From an uncultured bacterium (GTDB lineage: Bacteria; Patescibacteriota; Microgenomatia; Levybacterales; UBA12049), in assembly GCA_963826535.1 (NCBI GenBank), contig CAWGXL010000011.1, forward strand, positions 809 to 64,808: DNA of 64,000 nucleotides, read 5' to 3'. The translations under genes were made by a program, and so were the position numbers. The notes beneath the pieces were generated by a model. That model saw only the letters and a list, made by a program, of their open reading frames with translations. It was not told where the DNA came from and did not search any database. This document shows positions 10,605 through 20,303 of the stretch, piece by piece; the first letter of the stretch is position 1, and the number at the start of each line of letters is the position of its first letter.

Positions 10605-11339
10605 ATGCATAATTTGACACAAAGGCAAATTGAAATACTTAAGAGTGTTATTGAAGAATATATTGAAACAGCTGAGCCTGTCGGGTCGGAAACGATTGAG
10701 AAAAAACGCAATATCAGTGCTTCTCCTGCAACCATTCGCAACGAAATGGTTCGGTTATCAAAAGACGGATATTTGAAAAAGCCTCATTCATCAGCGGGCC
10801 GCGTACCAACAGCGATGGGAATGAAATTCTATGTGCGGGAACTCATGAAGGAAAAAGAGCTTTCAACTGTTGAAGAAGTTGCTTTGAAAGAGCGGGTTTG
10901 GGACTATAGAGGTAAAATGCAGAAATTTTTGAAAGAGGTCACAAAATCGCTGGCTGAGAAAACAAACGCACTGGCAATTGTCGCAACTGACGAGGAAAAT
11001 CTGTATTGTTCAGGCTATGCCAATATACTCGATATGCCGGAATTTTTCGATATTGACGTTACTAAAACTCTACTGGAGGCACTTGATGAATATGACTTAT
11101 TTAAAAGTATTTTTGAAAGTTCAACTGCGGGGCAAGAGGATATCCATGTGTTGATAGCAGATGAATTGGGTTCGCGGTTGCATGGACCTTATGGATTTAT
11201 TTTTACCAATTTTAAGACACCGATGAATATATGCGGGAGGATCGGAGTTTTGGGACCTGCCAGGTTACGCTATACATCCATAATCCCGACTGTCCGTTAT
11301 TTTGGAGACTTAATTGAAACCAGCGCATCAGGTTGGTGA
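10605..11339 (+). CDS. hrcA: Heat-inducible transcription repressor HrcA (short form).
   Basis: N-terminal LTQRQIEILKSVIEEYIETAEPVGS winged helix. C-terminal GVLGPARLRYTSIIP matches the conserved HrcA C-terminus. Heads an hrcA-grpE-dnaK operon. Confidence 0.85.
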   Translation: MHNLTQRQIEILKSVIEEYIETAEPVGSETIEKKRNISASPATIRNEMVRLSKDGYLKKPHSSAGRVPTAMGMKFYVRELMKEKELSTVEEVALKERVWDYRGKMQKFLKEVTKSLAEKTNALAIVATDEENLYCSGYANILDMPEFFDIDVTKTLLEALDEYDLFKSIFESSTAGQEDIHVLIADELGSRLHGPYGFIFTNFKTPMNICGRIGVLGPARLRYTSIIPTVRYFGDLIETSASGW

Positions 11340-11907
11340 TAGAGATATCAAAAATAAAATATCAAAGATGAAAAATGATGAGAAAGATAAGAAAGACGAA
11401 AAAAATGAGCCTGACCTGGAAGAGATAAAAAAAGGTAAACATAAACATGAGGCAGAAGAAGAATGTGAATGTGATCATGAAAAAGAAGAGTTAAGGCAAA
11501 AAGTTGAGGACTTTGAAAATAGTTATAAACGGGCGCTTGCGGATTATCAGAATTTACAAAAGAGAGTAGCTGAAGAGCGGGTAAATTGGTTAAAAATAGC
11601 GAACAAAGATTTACTTTTACGATTATTGCCTGTGCTAGATACTCTAATTATGGCTCATAAACATTCCGGCTCTGAAGAATTGAATGTTGGAATCAATCAA
11701 TTTATTGATGCTTTGAAAACTGAAGGGGTAACGAGAATTGAAGTTGTTGGAAGTATGTTTGACCCACAGATTATGGAAGCGCTGAAGGTAGAAAAGGGTG
11801 ATGAGGGAAAGGTGTTGGAAGAGTTGCGAGCGGGATTTATGATTCATGATAAACTTTTGCGTCCGGCTCAAGTAACAGTTGGTAAAGAAGAAAGTAAAAA
11901 GACGTAG
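11314..11907 (+). CDS. grpE: Nucleotide exchange factor GrpE.
   Basis: YKRALADYQNLQKRVAEE and the LLPVLDTL GrpE core. The true start is probably downstream of 11314; the Lys/Glu-rich N-terminus is low complexity. Confidence 0.85.
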   Translation: MKPAHQVGDRDIKNKISKMKNDEKDKKDEKNEPDLEEIKKGKHKHEAEEECECDHEKEELRQKVEDFENSYKRALADYQNLQKRVAEERVNWLKIANKDLLLRLLPVLDTLIMAHKHSGSEELNVGINQFIDALKTEGVTRIEVVGSMFDPQIMEALKVEKGDEGKVLEELRAGFMIHDKLLRPAQVTVGKEESKKT

Positions 11908-11948
11908 GTATACAAAGGAAAAAAAATTTATTATAATTAAAAAATATT

Positions 11949-13913
11949 ATGGGAAAAATAATTGGAATTGATTTAGGTACAACAAATTCATGTGTGGCAG
12001 TAATGGAGGGTGGATCACCCAAGGTTATTCATTCGGCCGAAGGCCGCAATGTTATTCCGTCAGTGGTTGACCCAATCTCCCATGTCGTTGGGGATGTTGC
12101 CAAGCGGCAAATGGTGTTGAAACCAAAACGCACAATATATTCTATTAAGAGATTAATGGGGAAGAAATTCAAAGATAAATCTGTCCAGTATGACATGAAG
12201 TGGCTCCCCTATGGCGTAAAAGCAGGCCGTGATGATATGGCGATTATAGAGGTTGAGGGCAAGACTTTCACGCCTCAGGAGATCTCAGCCATGATTCTAC
12301 AGAAGATCAAGTCAGATGCCGAGGCGTATATCGGTAGTAAAGTCACACAAGCGGTTATTACCGTTCCAGCGTATTTTGATGACAGTCAAAGACAAGCTAC
12401 CAAACAAGCCGGGGAAATTGCAGGACTTGACGTGTTACGCATTATTAATGAGCCAACAGCGGCGGCTCTTGCTTATGGATTGGATAAGAAGAATGCGCAC
12501 ACTATTGCTGTTTATGATTTGGGAGGGGGCACATTTGATATTTCAATTCTTGAACTTGGGGAGGGAGTTTATCAGGTCAAATCAACTAATGGGGACACTC
12601 ATCTAGGGGGAGATGATTTTGATCAAAAAATTATTGAGTACATTGCGGGTGAATTTAAGAAGGAAAATAATATTGATCTTATGAAAGATCCTCAAGCGCT
12701 GCAACGACTCAAAGAGTCAGCTGAAAAAGCGAAGATCGAACTTTCCAGCGCTCAAGAAGCTCAAATTAATCAACCTTTCATTACTCAAGGTAAAGAAGGA
12801 CCTCTCCATCTCACAATGACATTGACACGGCCAAAGCTTGAGCAGGTTGTCGGAGATTTAATTGAAAAAACTTTGGAACCGGTTAAAAAGGCGTTAACCG
12901 ATGCAGGCGTTAGCGCGAAAGATATTAATGAAGTAATTATGGTGGGCGGTATGACCCGTATGCCGAAAGTTGTTGATACGGTTACAAAGTTTTTTGGCAA
13001 AGAGACTAATCGCACTGTTAATCCGGATGAAGTTGTAGCTGTTGGCGCTGCGGTTCAGGCAGGCGTACTGGGTGGTGAAGTAAAAGATGTACTCCTTTTA
13101 GATGTAACACCACTGACGCTTGGTATAGAGACGATGGGTTCTGTCGCGACTCCGCTCATTCAAAGAAACACTACTATACCCACTTCCAAGTCTCAAGTAT
13201 TCTCGACCGCCGCAGATAATCAGACACAAGTTGAAATTAATATCCTGCAAGGAGAGCGTCCAATGGCTGCTGATAACAAATCACTTGGCCGCTTTATTCT
13301 GGATGGAATTCCTCCGGCACCTCGCGGAGTCCCGCAAGTTGAAGTGACTTTTGATATTGACTCCAACGGTATACTAAATGTCACAGCAAAAGATAAAGCA
13401 ACAGGTAAAGCCCAAAGCATTAAGATCACAGGCTCAACAGGTCTATCTAAAGAGGAAGTTGAGAAAATGACAAAGGAGGCTGAGATACATGCTCAGGAAG
13501 ATACCGAAAAGAAAGAAAAAATTGAGGCACGCAATCATGCCGACTCGCTTATTTTTACATCTGAAAAAGCGCTTAAAGATGGCGGGGATAAAGTTCCTGC
13601 TGAAGTAAAGACAGAGGTAGAAGACAAAATAAAAAAACTGAAAGAAATTTTGGATACGGGCAGTAAGGAAGATCTTGAAACAAGAACAAAAGACCTTTCG
13701 GAGACGCTTTCTAAGATCGGTCAAGCGGCATATCAACAGGGTCAGCAAGCGCAAACACAAGAAGAGATTGAGAAAGAAGAAAAAGAAGGCAAGCCTGCGG
13801 ATGAGGCAAATCCTTCGACGAGCTCAGGACAAGGCGCGGCTGGCGCTGATGAAGATGTAAAAAATAAGAAAAAAAATAAAGACGCGCCGGTTGAGGGCGA
13901 AGTGGTGGAGTAA
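11949..13913 (+). CDS. dnaK: Molecular chaperone DnaK (Hsp70).
   Basis: [21 protein letters not shown] and the full Hsp70 architecture. 654 aa. Confidence 0.97.
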   Translation: MGKIIGIDLGTTNSCVAVMEGGSPKVIHSAEGRNVIPSVVDPISHVVGDVAKRQMVLKPKRTIYSIKRLMGKKFKDKSVQYDMKWLPYGVKAGRDDMAIIEVEGKTFTPQEISAMILQKIKSDAEAYIGSKVTQAVITVPAYFDDSQRQATKQAGEIAGLDVLRIINEPTAAALAYGLDKKNAHTIAVYDLGGGTFDISILELGEGVYQVKSTNGDTHLGGDDFDQKIIEYIAGEFKKENNIDLMKDPQALQRLKESAEKAKIELSSAQEAQINQPFITQGKEGPLHLTMTLTRPKLEQVVGDLIEKTLEPVKKALTDAGVSAKDINEVIMVGGMTRMPKVVDTVTKFFGKETNRTVNPDEVVAVGAAVQAGVLGGEVKDVLLLDVTPLTLGIETMGSVATPLIQRNTTIPTSKSQVFSTAADNQTQVEINILQGERPMAADNKSLGRFILDGIPPAPRGVPQVEVTFDIDSNGILNVTAKDKATGKAQSIKITGSTGLSKEEVEKMTKEAEIHAQEDTEKKEKIEARNHADSLIFTSEKALKDGGDKVPAEVKTEVEDKIKKLKEILDTGSKEDLETRTKDLSETLSKIGQAAYQQGQQAQTQEEIEKEEKEGKPADEANPSTSSGQGAAGADEDVKNKKKNKDAPVEGEVVE

Positions 13914-13920
13914 TTAAGTT

Positions 13921-14705
13921 ATGGATAAACTTAAATGGATGGTGTTTGCCGCTTTATTCGCCGCTCTCACAGCAGCACTCGCTTGGTTTAAAATACCCTT
14001 AGGTTTCACCCCGGTACCTATAAATTTACAAACTCTCATGGTCCTCCTTAGCGGTACAATGCTTGGACCCGTTACGGAGCATTAGCAATGATTATCTTCC
14101 TTCTACTCGGCGCAATTGGTCTACCAGTTTTTGCGGGAGGGGCTTCCGGAATTGGTCATTTTTTTGGCCCGACCGGAGGATATTTACTTAGTTATCCTGT
14201 TGCCGCATTTGTAATAGGCATGATGCTTCGCACAAAGAAGCTCTCAGCAGGGTTGAAGTATTTTTCATTTGTTATTATTTTGTTATCTATTTTTACAGTA
14301 TTTATAGACGCAACCTTCAAGCTAGGGATCATGAAGTTATGGAGCGCGACAGCAAAAAGTTATGTTCCAATAGTTTCGCTGCTTACAGATACACAAAGAA
14401 TGATATTGATAGTTGTTACTCTTGTAGTTCTGGCATTATTAGTGTTCCTAATTTACTATGCGAAAAAGTCTAAAAATTTTTCATTGGATACAATATTTGC
14501 CATGTTTACAGGTACCCTGATTATTTACTTAATGGGTGGAATACAAGGTATGATTGTTACAGGCTTGGGGGTAAGCGCTATTTTTGTAGGCTGGGTACTC
14601 CCCTTCATTATTGGCGACACAATTAAATTGCTGCTTGCTGCTTGGATTGCAAAAAGCGTTGATATCAAAAAGTATTTATACCCCTCTTCGTTCAAAATGA
14701 AATAA
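13921..14705 (+). CDS. bioY: Biotin transporter S-component BioY, split by a -1 frameshift at a CCC run (14068-14070).
   Basis: Frame A (13921-14085) encodes MDKLKWMVFAALFAALTAALAWFKIPLGFTPVPINLQTLMVLLSGTMLGP, the BioY N-terminus. Frame B continues RYGALAMIIFLLLGAIGLPVFAGG...GPTGGYLLSYP. Adding one C at 14068-14070 restores LGPRYGALAM, which matches the BioY consensus (LGSRLGAL). Confidence 0.7.
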
Positions 14706-14722
14706 GTATAATACCTAACGAA

Positions 14723-14739
14723 GCCCCGCTAAGCGGGGC
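14723..14739 (+). terminator. GC hairpin (GCCCCGCTAAGCGGGGC) downstream of bioY. Member of the CCCCGCT-AGCGGGG hairpin family.
   Basis: Perfect 7 bp stem. Related hairpins at 2631-2649, 3249-3265 and 5160-5216. Confidence 0.4.
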
Positions 14740-14762
14740 GGAGTGGTATAAAATGAAGAATC

Positions 14763-15677
14763 ATGACCTTTCTTGAAAAATACAAGCTCCTGAAAAAATC
14801 CGTCCCAGTTTCCGCAGTGACTATTGGTCCATATACAGTTGATTGTGAATATGTGGATTATCTTTTTAAAAGCAAAAATTGCTATTATAGTATTGAGGGA
14901 TTCTTCTTAGAAAACTGCATTTATATAGACTTTGCAACATTAAGTAATAAACTCGCAGATTGTACTCATTTAGTAGAATCAGAAAAGTGTTATGAATGCG
15001 TTGATTGCGGCAAGTGTCATAGTTGCACCTACCTTTTTGATTGTTATAACTGTACGGATTGTCATTTTTCCGCACTTTTAAATTCCTGTTCCGATTGCTT
15101 CGGCTGCGTTGGCTTAATTCATAAAAAGTATTGTATTTTTAATCAACAATATAGCAAAGACGAATACTTTAAAAAAGTTGAAGAATTAAAAAAAGAGAAT
15201 CCTGAATCAATTTTTAGGCAAATGATTGAATTAAAAAAACGGATGCCGCATCCGGCCAGTCAACAGTTCGATAGCGACAATTGTCCTTATGGAAATTATA
15301 TCTATAATTCTAAAAACTGCTATTGGTCTTTTAATACTTTATACAGTCAAAATTCCGGCTATACTTATTATTGCACTCTTGCAAAGAACTGCTGGGACAT
15401 GTTTCGCTCAGGCGGAAGCAAAGCTGAAAACGCTGTGTCGGAGAGATGTTATGAGATGGTTTATTCAAGGCCAAGTAACTACGGTTGCGCATTTCTTACT
15501 ACAAGCCAAAATTGTACTAATAGTTACTATAGCACGGATCTTAGAAACAGCTCCGATTGCTTCGGCTGTGTGGGATTAACTAATAAGAAATACTGCATTT
15601 TGAATAATCAGCTAACCAAAGGAGAATATGAAAAAGCCGTAAAAGAAATCAGAAAAGATCTTGGATGGAATTTTTAG
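14763..15677 (+). CDS. Cys-rich tandem-repeat protein of unknown family (paralog A), with an internal two-half duplication.
   Basis: 304 aa. Periodic C-x2-C ladder (CYECVDCGKCHSCTYLFDCYNCTDCHF...SCSDCFGCVGLIHKKYCIFNQQYSKDEY). The second half ends with the same DCFGCVGLTNKKYCILNNQLTKGEYEKAV motif. About 60% identical to the ORF at 43549..44457. Confidence 0.6.
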   Translation: MTFLEKYKLLKKSVPVSAVTIGPYTVDCEYVDYLFKSKNCYYSIEGFFLENCIYIDFATLSNKLADCTHLVESEKCYECVDCGKCHSCTYLFDCYNCTDCHFSALLNSCSDCFGCVGLIHKKYCIFNQQYSKDEYFKKVEELKKENPESIFRQMIELKKRMPHPASQQFDSDNCPYGNYIYNSKNCYWSFNTLYSQNSGYTYYCTLAKNCWDMFRSGGSKAENAVSERCYEMVYSRPSNYGCAFLTTSQNCTNSYYSTDLRNSSDCFGCVGLTNKKYCILNNQLTKGEYEKAVKEIRKDLGWNF

Positions 15678-15721
15678 TCTTGAATTTAAATTTATTCCTT
15701 GTCGTTTTTCGTGATCTGAAA

Positions 15722-17212
15722 TCATAACTCATCCGGCAATATATACTTGTCTTTCTTTTCAACCAAAAAGTCAATCATTTCGCCTAGGAGTTTATAAGTT
15801 TTAACCCTGATTGATTCTTGAGTTTTCCAGCCAGCGCGATAAGCTAGAACATTATTTGAAAGTTCGTTGTGGATTTTCCAATCAGTTTTATCTTTCATGG
15901 GCATGCCAAGAACATCTTTTCTTGGAAGTCCAGGATATACATCTAGATACGCGAAGACTTCCCCATCCAACATCCTTTTAGTTAGCGCCGGCTGGTCAGT
16001 TGCGTTGCCATCTGCGGTATTAATAAAAATTGATCCATTTTTTAATTTCGCAATCAACTTTTCGTCTAATAAATTTTCTGCCTTGTGCGCTGGAAGATGG
16101 ACTGAAACAATATCACTTATTTCTGTTAATTTTTCTAAATCTATATATTTTATATCAAGTTTTTCTTCTAAGTCGGTTTTTCGTGTCTTAGAATAATAAA
16201 CCACCTCAAACCCTAACTTCTTCGCAATAGTGGCTACTTTTGTTCCTATTCTTCCAAGACCAATTACACCGAAAATTTTATTTCCAAATGAATAATCTGC
16301 TGATGGTAATTTCTCGATGTCTACCAATTTATCGCCAAACATAGCCTCAATCTTTTTAATCTCCGACTGATCAATGGATTTTCCGTCGTAAAAGATAATA
16401 TCGTTTTCTGCTAGGAATTTATAATAAGTGGCAAGCGAAGTATCAATAGCGTCATATTCTTCACAACCAACTCCGAACGCGCGAAGTGCGTCAACGGTTT
16501 TGCCAGATTTTTTAATATTTAACAAGCCTATCCGTTTATGTTCAATAAGTCGTTCCGGTATAAGCTCGTCAATATTCTTTTGAGTGAAATCAAACTTCAC
16601 CAAACCAATTTTATGAAAATGATGGGTAAACTTTCCAGAGCGAGTATATTTTTCATTGTCTTGAAGTTGTCTAAAATAGCTAAAGACAAAATCAACAATC
16701 GCGTGTGAGATTTTATCGTCAGTTTCCGTCAAGTTGTCCGTTCCAAAATTTCTCAATAACAACTGCCATAAACCCGCAAAAACTACCTCAGACACGGCAT
16801 CTGTTCCATAATCAGGAATATTCGCAACAGTGATTTCTAATTCTTCTGCAAGCTTAAGGTTGATTCGATGTTCTCTTTCGTGCGTCCAAAATACAATGAG
16901 TTTAAGTTGCGGATTTAATCGCAAGATTTGATCAGGAATATCAGTCCAACAACTTACAATTACATCAGCGCCATCAATACGATTCATTAACAATTGCAAT
17001 GGAATATCATCTGCCGTTAAATATATATAGCATCTTTTGTTCAGAAAAAGATCAGGGGTGTCTTCATACTGTTTTTCTAGTCCTTTCGGCAAGCTTGTCG
17101 GATATTCCAAAACCTCCTCGGCAATAGAATTAAGTAGTCGACGGTGTTCAGGATAAAAAATAACCGTATCCAAAACAACGACCTTTTTAAATTTTCTGTC
17201 TAAATTTGTCAT
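15722..17212 (-). CDS. D-isomer-specific 2-hydroxyacid dehydrogenase family protein, atypically long (496 aa).
   Basis: Rossmann GxGxxG (KIFGVIGLGRIGTKVA) and DVVSVHLP...FINTADG motifs in the C-terminal half. N-terminal catalytic-domain-like region. About 150 extra residues lie between them. Confidence 0.6.
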   Translation of the reverse strand: MTNLDRKFKKVVVLDTVIFYPEHRRLLNSIAEEVLEYPTSLPKGLEKQYEDTPDLFLNKRCYIYLTADDIPLQLLMNRIDGADVIVSCWTDIPDQILRLNPQLKLIVFWTHEREHRINLKLAEELEITVANIPDYGTDAVSEVVFAGLWQLLLRNFGTDNLTETDDKISHAIVDFVFSYFRQLQDNEKYTRSGKFTHHFHKIGLVKFDFTQKNIDELIPERLIEHKRIGLLNIKKSGKTVDALRAFGVGCEEYDAIDTSLATYYKFLAENDIIFYDGKSIDQSEIKKIEAMFGDKLVDIEKLPSADYSFGNKIFGVIGLGRIGTKVATIAKKLGFEVVYYSKTRKTDLEEKLDIKYIDLEKLTEISDIVSVHLPAHKAENLLDEKLIAKLKNGSIFINTADGNATDQPALTKRMLDGEVFAYLDVYPGLPRKDVLGMPMKDKTDWKIHNELSNNVLAYRAGWKTQESIRVKTYKLLGEMIDFLVEKKDKYILPDEL

Positions 17213-17313
17213 ACTTACTGTTTAAACAACCTAAAATTATTATATCAAAATAACCACGAAATGGAAAATACTATACTTTTTTGCCGATTCACTCTAGTAT
17301 ACTAAGATGAGAT

Positions 17314-17796
17314 ATGAAAGAGAAAAGGAAACTTCAAATTGATCAGTCAGGAAAAATCGAGCAGACGAACATGGATACAGTTGTTGCACTTGCCAACAGC
17401 GAATACTTCGCAGTCGTATTAAAGAAAAAAGATAAACGTCTTCTTGAAAAAATATTTAAAAAAATGGGTAAAATAAAAAGTTACCCGTATGTAGTATTTG
17501 CAAGTCTGGTAGCAATAATACTAAAAGTAGCTTCAGTTAAACAAAAAGTTGTTGTTGACCGTGAGTATATCGGTCATGAAAACCTAATTCGAGAAAGAGT
17601 ACTTCATTTTCTTCAATTACAAGGAGTTGGTCATGAACTCATGATTACATTTGGCCACGTTGGTAAACTTTCAAATGCACATGATGTAGCTGCCAAAGTT
17701 GGTACTAAAAAAATCAAACCGGATAAAATAGTAAGTCTTGAGGAAGTTTTAGAACTTGTGCTTGAAGCCAAAGCACAAAAAAGACCGAGGTCGTAA
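17314..17796 (+). CDS. Hypothetical protein.
   Basis: 160 aa ORF. No recognisable motif. Confidence 0.3.
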   Translation: MKEKRKLQIDQSGKIEQTNMDTVVALANSEYFAVVLKKKDKRLLEKIFKKMGKIKSYPYVVFASLVAIILKVASVKQKVVVDREYIGHENLIRERVLHFLQLQGVGHELMITFGHVGKLSNAHDVAAKVGTKKIKPDKIVSLEEVLELVLEAKAQKRPRS

Positions 17797-17946
17797 AAGA
17801 CTGAAGAATACTTAACTCAGGACTGATTACCTGGAGGTCGGTATCCGCTCGGTCAAGCCTATACTACTACAAGTTTTCAAATATATCAATACCCTATAAT
17901 TACAAAGGTGGACTTATACAGATTTTGATATAATTAGCTTGTTTAT

Positions 17947-18768
17947 TTGTCTAATTCATTTATAACGAATTATACAAAAGATAATATGAAGGACTTGATC
18001 TTGTATGACATTTTCTCTTATAGTTGCATGAACTGTCTTCGGTCTGCTGGGTATATTAAAAAGATTGATTCTAGATACAAAACTTATGGATTGCAAACAA
18101 TTATTATACATCCACCTGAATGGGATTTTGAGAAGAAAAGTGAAAATATTTCCGCGGGGTTAAGACTAAATAGTATAAAGTTTCCATTCATAGCGGATAA
18201 GGAAAGAAAGCTCATTAAGGAATTTGGGATAAATTTTTGGCCAACACAGGTTTTGGTGAGCCAGGACAAGGTTGTATATAAACATATTGGGGAAGGAAAT
18301 TATAAAGAGTTGGAAAATCAGATAATTGATATTTTGAGAATAAAAGATTTGAACTTTAAAAAGTTATTTAAGGTCGAGCCGAAATTTAGTAAATATCCTA
18401 CAGTTTATTGCGGAAAGAAAAAAAGGGGTAAAGTTATATTATCAAAAAATATTGACGAAATAGTATTGAGTTTTGGAAGTATTTATATTAAAGATAAGTG
18501 GGATCAGCAACAGGAATATTTGCGATCCACTGCAGATAATCAGTCCTTAACTATTGATACAAAAGGTAAAATAATTAATTTTGTTGCAGAGTCCATCACA
18601 AAAAATCCTATTAAGCTTGCTTTACTTTTAAACAATAAATTTATAAAAAAGTTAGAAATAAATAAACCGCAATTATATAACCTTTTACATTTAAAAACAT
18701 TAAAGCCACAAAAATTAACTCTTGTGACTGAAAAAAATCTGGCAGTTTATTCTTTCTCATTTCAATGA
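17947..18768 (+). CDS. Thioredoxin-fold (redoxin/TlpA-like) protein with a CMNC motif.
   Basis: FSYSCMNCL (CxxC) followed by a thioredoxin-like beta-alpha pattern (GLQTIIIHPPEW...FPFIADKERKL...WPTQVLV). Stop overlaps the start of ecfA. Confidence 0.5.
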   Translation: MSNSFITNYTKDNMKDLILYDIFSYSCMNCLRSAGYIKKIDSRYKTYGLQTIIIHPPEWDFEKKSENISAGLRLNSIKFPFIADKERKLIKEFGINFWPTQVLVSQDKVVYKHIGEGNYKELENQIIDILRIKDLNFKKLFKVEPKFSKYPTVYCGKKKRGKVILSKNIDEIVLSFGSIYIKDKWDQQQEYLRSTADNQSLTIDTKGKIINFVAESITKNPIKLALLLNNKFIKKLEINKPQLYNLLHLKTLKPQKLTLVTEKNLAVYSFSFQ

Positions 18769-19466
18769 TACAAGTAAAAAATCTTTCTTTTAAATATGAA
18801 GAACATTTTGTACTGAGCGGTATAAATCTTGAAATAAAAGAGGGCAGCTTTACTGCTATTATTGGGGCAAATGGTTCCGGAAAAAGCACGCTGACGAAGC
18901 ATTTCAATGCATTGCTTTTGCCTACAGACGGTAGTGTTCTTGTAGATGGTGTAAATACCAAAAAAAATCAGTTCGAAGTTAGAAAAAAGGTTGGTTTTGT
19001 TTTTCAGAATTTTGAAGATCAAATAGTTTATCCTATTGTTGAAGAGGATATAGCTTTTGGACTTGAAAATCTTGGTTTAAAGAGCGAGGAAATAAAAAAA
19101 ATTGTGAATGAAACGCTTGAGAAATTAAGAATAAAAAAACTCGCTAATTTGAATGTCAATGCTCTTTCAATAGGCCAGAAGCAACTACTCGCTCTTGCCG
19201 GAGTTCTCGCTATGCAGCCAAAGTATATTGTTTTTGACGAACCAACAACAATGCTTGATGTAGCAAATAAAAAACATATCATTTCGGTTATCAAAGAGCT
19301 TAATGAAAAAGATAAATTAACAGTTATCATGATTACAAATGCTCTTGAGGATTTAAGACATGCAGAAAATGTCGTGGTATTAAAAACAGGCAGAATTATT
19401 TTTAATGATAAAAATGAATTGTTAAATAAAGAGACTTTGTTAAAGGCAAATTTATCCTCCGCTTGA
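18765..19466 (+). CDS. ecfA: ECF-transporter ATPase component (EcfA/CbiO-like ABC ATPase).
   Basis: Walker A GANGSGKST, ABC signature LSIGQKQLLALAG, Walker B IVFDEPT. 233 aa. Confidence 0.85.
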   Translation: MIQVKNLSFKYEEHFVLSGINLEIKEGSFTAIIGANGSGKSTLTKHFNALLLPTDGSVLVDGVNTKKNQFEVRKKVGFVFQNFEDQIVYPIVEEDIAFGLENLGLKSEEIKKIVNETLEKLRIKKLANLNVNALSIGQKQLLALAGVLAMQPKYIVFDEPTTMLDVANKKHIISVIKELNEKDKLTVIMITNALEDLRHAENVVVLKTGRIIFNDKNELLNKETLLKANLSSA

Positions 19467-19507
19467 GCTTCGGAGGTTTTCGCTTTCGTCTTTGAGGATA
19501 GTTTCAT

Positions 19508-20239
19508 ATGTCTAATATATATTTTGGCAATTTTGTGAAAAGAAAATCATTAATACATTTTCTTGATGCAAGAATAAAAATATTTTATGTGATTGCCTTA
19601 AGCTGCTTACTTGTCACTATAAATAAATTCCCTGATATCCTAATTTTTTCATCCGTAATGGTATTCATCATTTTTATAGCCAAATTAGAAGTGAGGTATA
19701 TATTTATAAATTTGAGAAAATTTTATTATGTTTTTTTATTCTTAGCTCTTATGTATATCGTATTTGCGAATGATAAAATTATCGTAGGATTAATTGTTCT
19801 GTGGAGATTTTTGATGCTTATATTGCTTTCTTTGACTCTAACCTATACAACTCCTATTTCAGATCTCACCCTGGCAATTGAAAAGATATCTATGCCTTTG
19901 AAAACCTTTGGTATTAAGCCGAGAAATATTGCCGTTATGCTTTCTATCGCGATACGGTTTATACCAGTTATGTTTTTACGTTTTGAGAAACTCAGAGAAG
20001 GTATGCTCTCAAGACTTGCAGATTTTAGGAAACTTAAAATCATAAAAATCCTTTTAATCTCTTTACTTGAAAAATTGTTTGTGTCAGCATCTAACTTGAG
20101 TGACGCAATGAACGCACGGCTCTATAACGAGGACGCTGAAAGCAGTAAAATTATGCGTATTTATAGAAATGATTATGTCTCTCTTATTTTATTTTTTATA
20201 TTTATGGTTATAATGCTGAGCAGGCAATATGTTAATTAG
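19508..20239 (+). CDS. ecfT: ECF-transporter transmembrane component (EcfT/CbiQ).
   Basis: 243 aa polytopic membrane protein immediately after ecfA. EcfT-like C-terminal region. Confidence 0.7.
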   Translation: MSNIYFGNFVKRKSLIHFLDARIKIFYVIALSCLLVTINKFPDILIFSSVMVFIIFIAKLEVRYIFINLRKFYYVFLFLALMYIVFANDKIIVGLIVLWRFLMLILLSLTLTYTTPISDLTLAIEKISMPLKTFGIKPRNIAVMLSIAIRFIPVMFLRFEKLREGMLSRLADFRKLKIIKILLISLLEKLFVSASNLSDAMNARLYNEDAESSKIMRIYRNDYVSLILFFIFMVIMLSRQYVN

Positions 20240-20303
20240 AAGGAAACAAAAATTGATAGATTATTACGAAAGTTGATTTGTTGCTTTGCATTATTTTTAG
20301 GAA

